From: Eledone cirrhosa
Lineage: Eukaryota
Reading direction: 5' to 3'
DNA: 64,000 bases
Assembly: GCA_964016885.1 (NCBI GenBank)
Contig: OZ024743.1
Coordinates: 369,520,001-369,584,000 of the forward strand
Part shown: positions 60,311-64,000 of the stretch, piece by piece
Layout of the letters: every line of letters starts with the position of its first letter
Numbering within the stretch: the first letter of the stretch is position 1
The notes under the pieces: model-generated
Told to the model about the DNA's origin: nothing
What the model saw: only the letters and a program-made list of their open reading frames with translations
Databases searched by the model: none
Translations under genes and position numbers: made by a program

Positions 60311-60849
60311 AGACCATGACTACTGTTTTTAACATTTTATTGGCTATTATAAAGTGGTGTATCTAGCCTACATTTATATGGTTATTATCAAACTTTGATT
60401 TTTCTTTGGAATTCACATAGTTTGTGATTATATGTTTCAATTTTTTTTTTGTTATTTTTTTAATGAACCCCCCAACAATCATTGAAAACTGGTAGACTGC
60501 GGTATTAAATGCCTTGTGGTATTTAGTTATGTACTTCCCTGATTTGAGTTCAAATTCTGCCAGGGTTAGAAGCAATATAACTATATCATATGCTACTTCA
60601 GTTGTGTTTTAATAACTTTTGTCATGGAATCTCTATCTTCTGCCTCTGCCAGTTATATGCTTAAAGTCTCATGAATTTTGAGTGGTGTGTGTTTTTTCCA
60701 TGGAAAATCTAAATTCTATTTTAATCTGTAAAGGTAAAGTTTTTATTTTAGACTTCTTTTATATAGTTTTGAAGAAGTTATATTATCAATTGTTAATTTC
60801 TACATTGTCTAAAGAAATCTTTTTTTTTCTGGAAGGGGTGATAGTTTAA

Positions 60850-61072
60850 AAGAACAAATCCCGGAGAGCTCAATTTGCTGGCCACTGTCACCGTGCCAGC
60901 AATGAAATCATATCCGCTCTCTTGCTCTGGAACCCTGACTCCAGCCTGACTAGGAGTAGGAAGCTGTCCTTCCCTGACGTTATCTCTTGGGATACGGAAA
61001 TCAGCAGACAGGACCTGGGGGCATGAGAGTGAGATCCATCATCTCGACAGTAGTCGACGAGTGATGATGATG
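60850..61072 (+). mobile_element. LINE 3' end with (GAT)n tail
   Basis: RRAQFAGHCHRASNEIISALLLW..LSFPDVI followed by GATGATGATG. Confidence 0.55.
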
Positions 61073-61679
61073 TGAAAATCATGAATATGGAAGGTGTAAA
61101 AAGGTTTTTTCCCCCAAGTAACCTGCTTAATTGTCGCAAAATTAACCAAAGAGAGCATTCTTTTACCTTTAGTCATCGATGAGTCGCTTTATTTGTTGTC
61201 AGTAGTTCTCAACATTGATTTTATTTCCTTATAATGTTTTAAACTGTATTTCAAATTCCACCAACCAAATTTTCTTTGGAAAATGATTGCTTTCAAATAC
61301 CACTGCTTCTTATATACAAACCAACAGTTGGTACTGAACAATCTGGTATGCTTTCTACTTTTCATTACCATCTAGTAAAGTTCCAAAACAGTTATGTGGT
61401 AGAATGAAAAGCCATGCACATATTTATATGCAACTTGGTAAAAGACTTTTATAAACGTTATTATTTTTTTTTTTTATTCTAAAGCAGCCCCAATCCAGCA
61501 GGCCTTTTATTGGAGGTATTCCAGTCATGTCTATCCCATTTTTTTACCCAGACAATATATTTCAGATGACAGTGTCAATGAGTTCTACCTTTTTTTTAAA
61601 GTGAAGTGTGATTTGAGAAATATTTTGTTGCTAATTCTTAGCAATTTAAGTGACTATATGAAAGGGAACATCGGCATAT

Positions 61680-62209
61680 ATACTATATATACTTGTATAT
61701 AAGCTGGGAAATATGTAACAAAAAAGATTTATTGTAAAATGTGGGTCAGCTTATATTGGAGGTCAATATTTTGCAGATTTTCACCAGCTTAAAAATTCTA
61801 CATAAATGAGGTGCTAAAATATTTTCACTTTAGAGTTATATATTATATCGGCTTCACTTTGGAGGTGAATATTACACGTTTCATTTTCAACATTAAATTA
61901 GTGTTTCCTATTGTTTTTTTTAAATATTTTGAGTGAATATGGCCTTCAAAACAGTTGGAAATTGCCAAAAACATTATTACATAATTGAGTTGTAAAACAA
62001 AAACTATACTCCAAACAACATTTAAAACATTTAATATATCAAAATATTAAAACTTTAAAATATATCCCTCATTCATCAACATTTCAGAACCACACCATCT
62101 AAACATAATGTCTTGCTTAGCTGCCTTGGCTTATACATGGGGTTTGACTTTTTGCCTATTTCTCAGATATAAAATATTTGGATTGGCTTATATTTGAGTA
62201 AAAACAGTA
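61680..62209. mobile_element. Non-autonomous TIR DNA element remnant
   Basis: Collinear homolog of 21820-22247; ends TACTATATATACTTG.ATATAAGC / GGCTTATATTTGAGTAAAAACAGTA. Confidence 0.5.
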
Positions 62210-62535
62210 TGTCAACCACAGTGATTTAGCCCAATGTGCTACTGTCCCCACCACCATCCACAACAGCAACAACAACAAGGATAAAAATGGTTTCTAACTT
62301 GGGCAGAAAGCTAGACTTTAGGCATGGTGGAGTAGTAATTTAAATCATTCGATTGAACCTTAGAGGAATTGAATTCAGAATGTAGGACAGAGCTAATACT
62401 ATAGGCTTTTTTTAACCATCTCTGTTAACTCATACTCTAAAACAACAACAATTAGAATTGAAGAGTATAGCAGTGACTTTTTTAATAATTATATTTGAAA
62501 GAGAAGCAAATGTATTTATTTTATTTATATTTTAA

Positions 62536-62731
62536 CCCTTTAGTGTTCAAACCGGCCAGAATTCTCTACGTTTTTCTGTTGAAACTGGCTGTAACTGGTC
62601 GCTCAAACTGATGTTACGGTATTGTTCTCAAAATAAATACTTTAAAATATCATAGATTCGATATTATGTGAGGTAAAGCCTTTACCATGAAAATATAATA
62701 GTATATATAAAATAATGTGAATGCTAAAGGG
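62536..62731. mobile_element. 196-bp piggyBac-type MITE
   Basis: TTAA-CCCTTTAG...CTAAAGGG-TTAA termini. Confidence 0.75.
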
Positions 62732-64000
62732 TTAAGGAGGACTTACTATATTTTAAACAAGTTTTGTTTTCTGTAAAAATATAGCTATATTTTAATATTC
62801 TATTAATTCATGATATATTAGTAAACTATACAGAGGGAGAGATATAGATTCATGTGAAATTATCAATATCGAATCGAAAAGTAAGGAATTTTTATAGAGA
62901 AATTAAACCATTTGTGCTTGTATGTGCATACACGTACATTAGGTTTTATCTTAGCTAATGGATATATTTTTTATGCTTAAGAAATGTTATTTTTCTTTTG
63001 GATAAAGAAAGTTTATATGTATCCATTCCTGCATTAAGTTTTCCACTGGTCTTTCCCAATTGATATGTAGGATATGAACCTTTAAAAGCATTGAAACTTT
63101 TCAATGTTACCATTTTTTATTTAAATAAACCTTACGCTAGAACATCAGAAGGACATATCAAGTATACAGTGCTTTCTATGTTCAAAATATATGACATCTA
63201 TGATTATTTTGCAAGTGATAAACATATTTCTAATAGTTTATAAAAGATGAATGAAATTTAACAAACATAAAACTATTTCTTACTCAATGGATTGAGATAG
63301 CTGATTGAGAAATGTTTAAGAAGCTGAATAACTGTCTCAAAAACTCATTCATATTCTTAATTGCATATCTCTTTGAAGATCTGTTGCATGCACGGATATC
63401 ACCTTCTTATTTTCTCTATTTTATAAGTGTTTAGCTTCATGTTTGTGTGAAATATGCATCTGGTCTACTGTAACAAGCTGTTTATTTATTCCAGCTGTTA
63501 CATTGAGACATGCTTGAAAATTGTATATTTGATGAATTGGAGGAATATTGCTTAGCAGAAATAAAAGAGGGGCTTATTTAAAGTTACAACTTATATAGAA
63601 ACCATATATTAATTGATCCATTGAGGAGAGCCTCTACACAGTCAATCAATCTGCCAGATGGGGAGGGGAGGGCACGTACAAGAATAATTAGAATACACAC
63701 CAAACCCCCAATTCTACATATCAAAGTTAACTGGCACAAGTAACTGGAATTGAAAGTTATACATAAAGGTATTAATTTCAAAATATTTTCATTCACTTTC
63801 CACACTGGCATGTGTTGGACAGGTTGTTGCAGTCTAAGACCAGACATATCGGAACAATCTCATCTTGCACATACATTACATATTCAGCATGGTTTCTATG
63901 ACTGGAAGCCCTTTCTAACATAACCACTTTAGAGTGTTTATTGGGTGCATTATTTTTACAATACCAGCATAACCACGTTACACAGTGACATCAAATAGTT

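Noticed and set aside
61189-63847. Host-gene exons (ORFs 61189-61371 and 63584-63847)
   Set aside because: No recognisable protein motif or convincing splice context; short exons cannot be excluded without RNA-seq.

Overview
This is a very AT-rich, repeat-saturated eukaryotic window. I found no convincing host exon, so it is intergenic or deep intronic. The repeat repertoire resembles a coleoid cephalopod such as Octopus (inference). Roughly a quarter is (TA)n-based simple or complex microsatellite, which explains nearly all the long 'YIYI' ORFs. The rest contains: (i) many 5'-truncated RTE-clade LINEs with (GAT)n tails, including a 1.3-kb uninterrupted RT frame with an inserted C4HC3 PHD-like finger; (ii) tRNA-derived SINEs, one sharing the RTE 3' tail; (iii) a full-length, single-frameshift D,D34D mariner; (iv) CR1-group and CRE-like (RLE) LINE fragments, piggyBac- and Tc/mariner-type MITEs, and two minisatellites. 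The most interesting signal is a set of minimal type I hammerhead ribozyme motifs, 6-7 copies of 4-5 distinct sequence types. They sit in Penelope-like or non-coding elements, most of them in (TA)n tracts. Two of these elements are fold-back structures with long inverted arms (2850-5665 and 46699-48609). Coordinates of decayed repeats are approximate, and no database search was possible.
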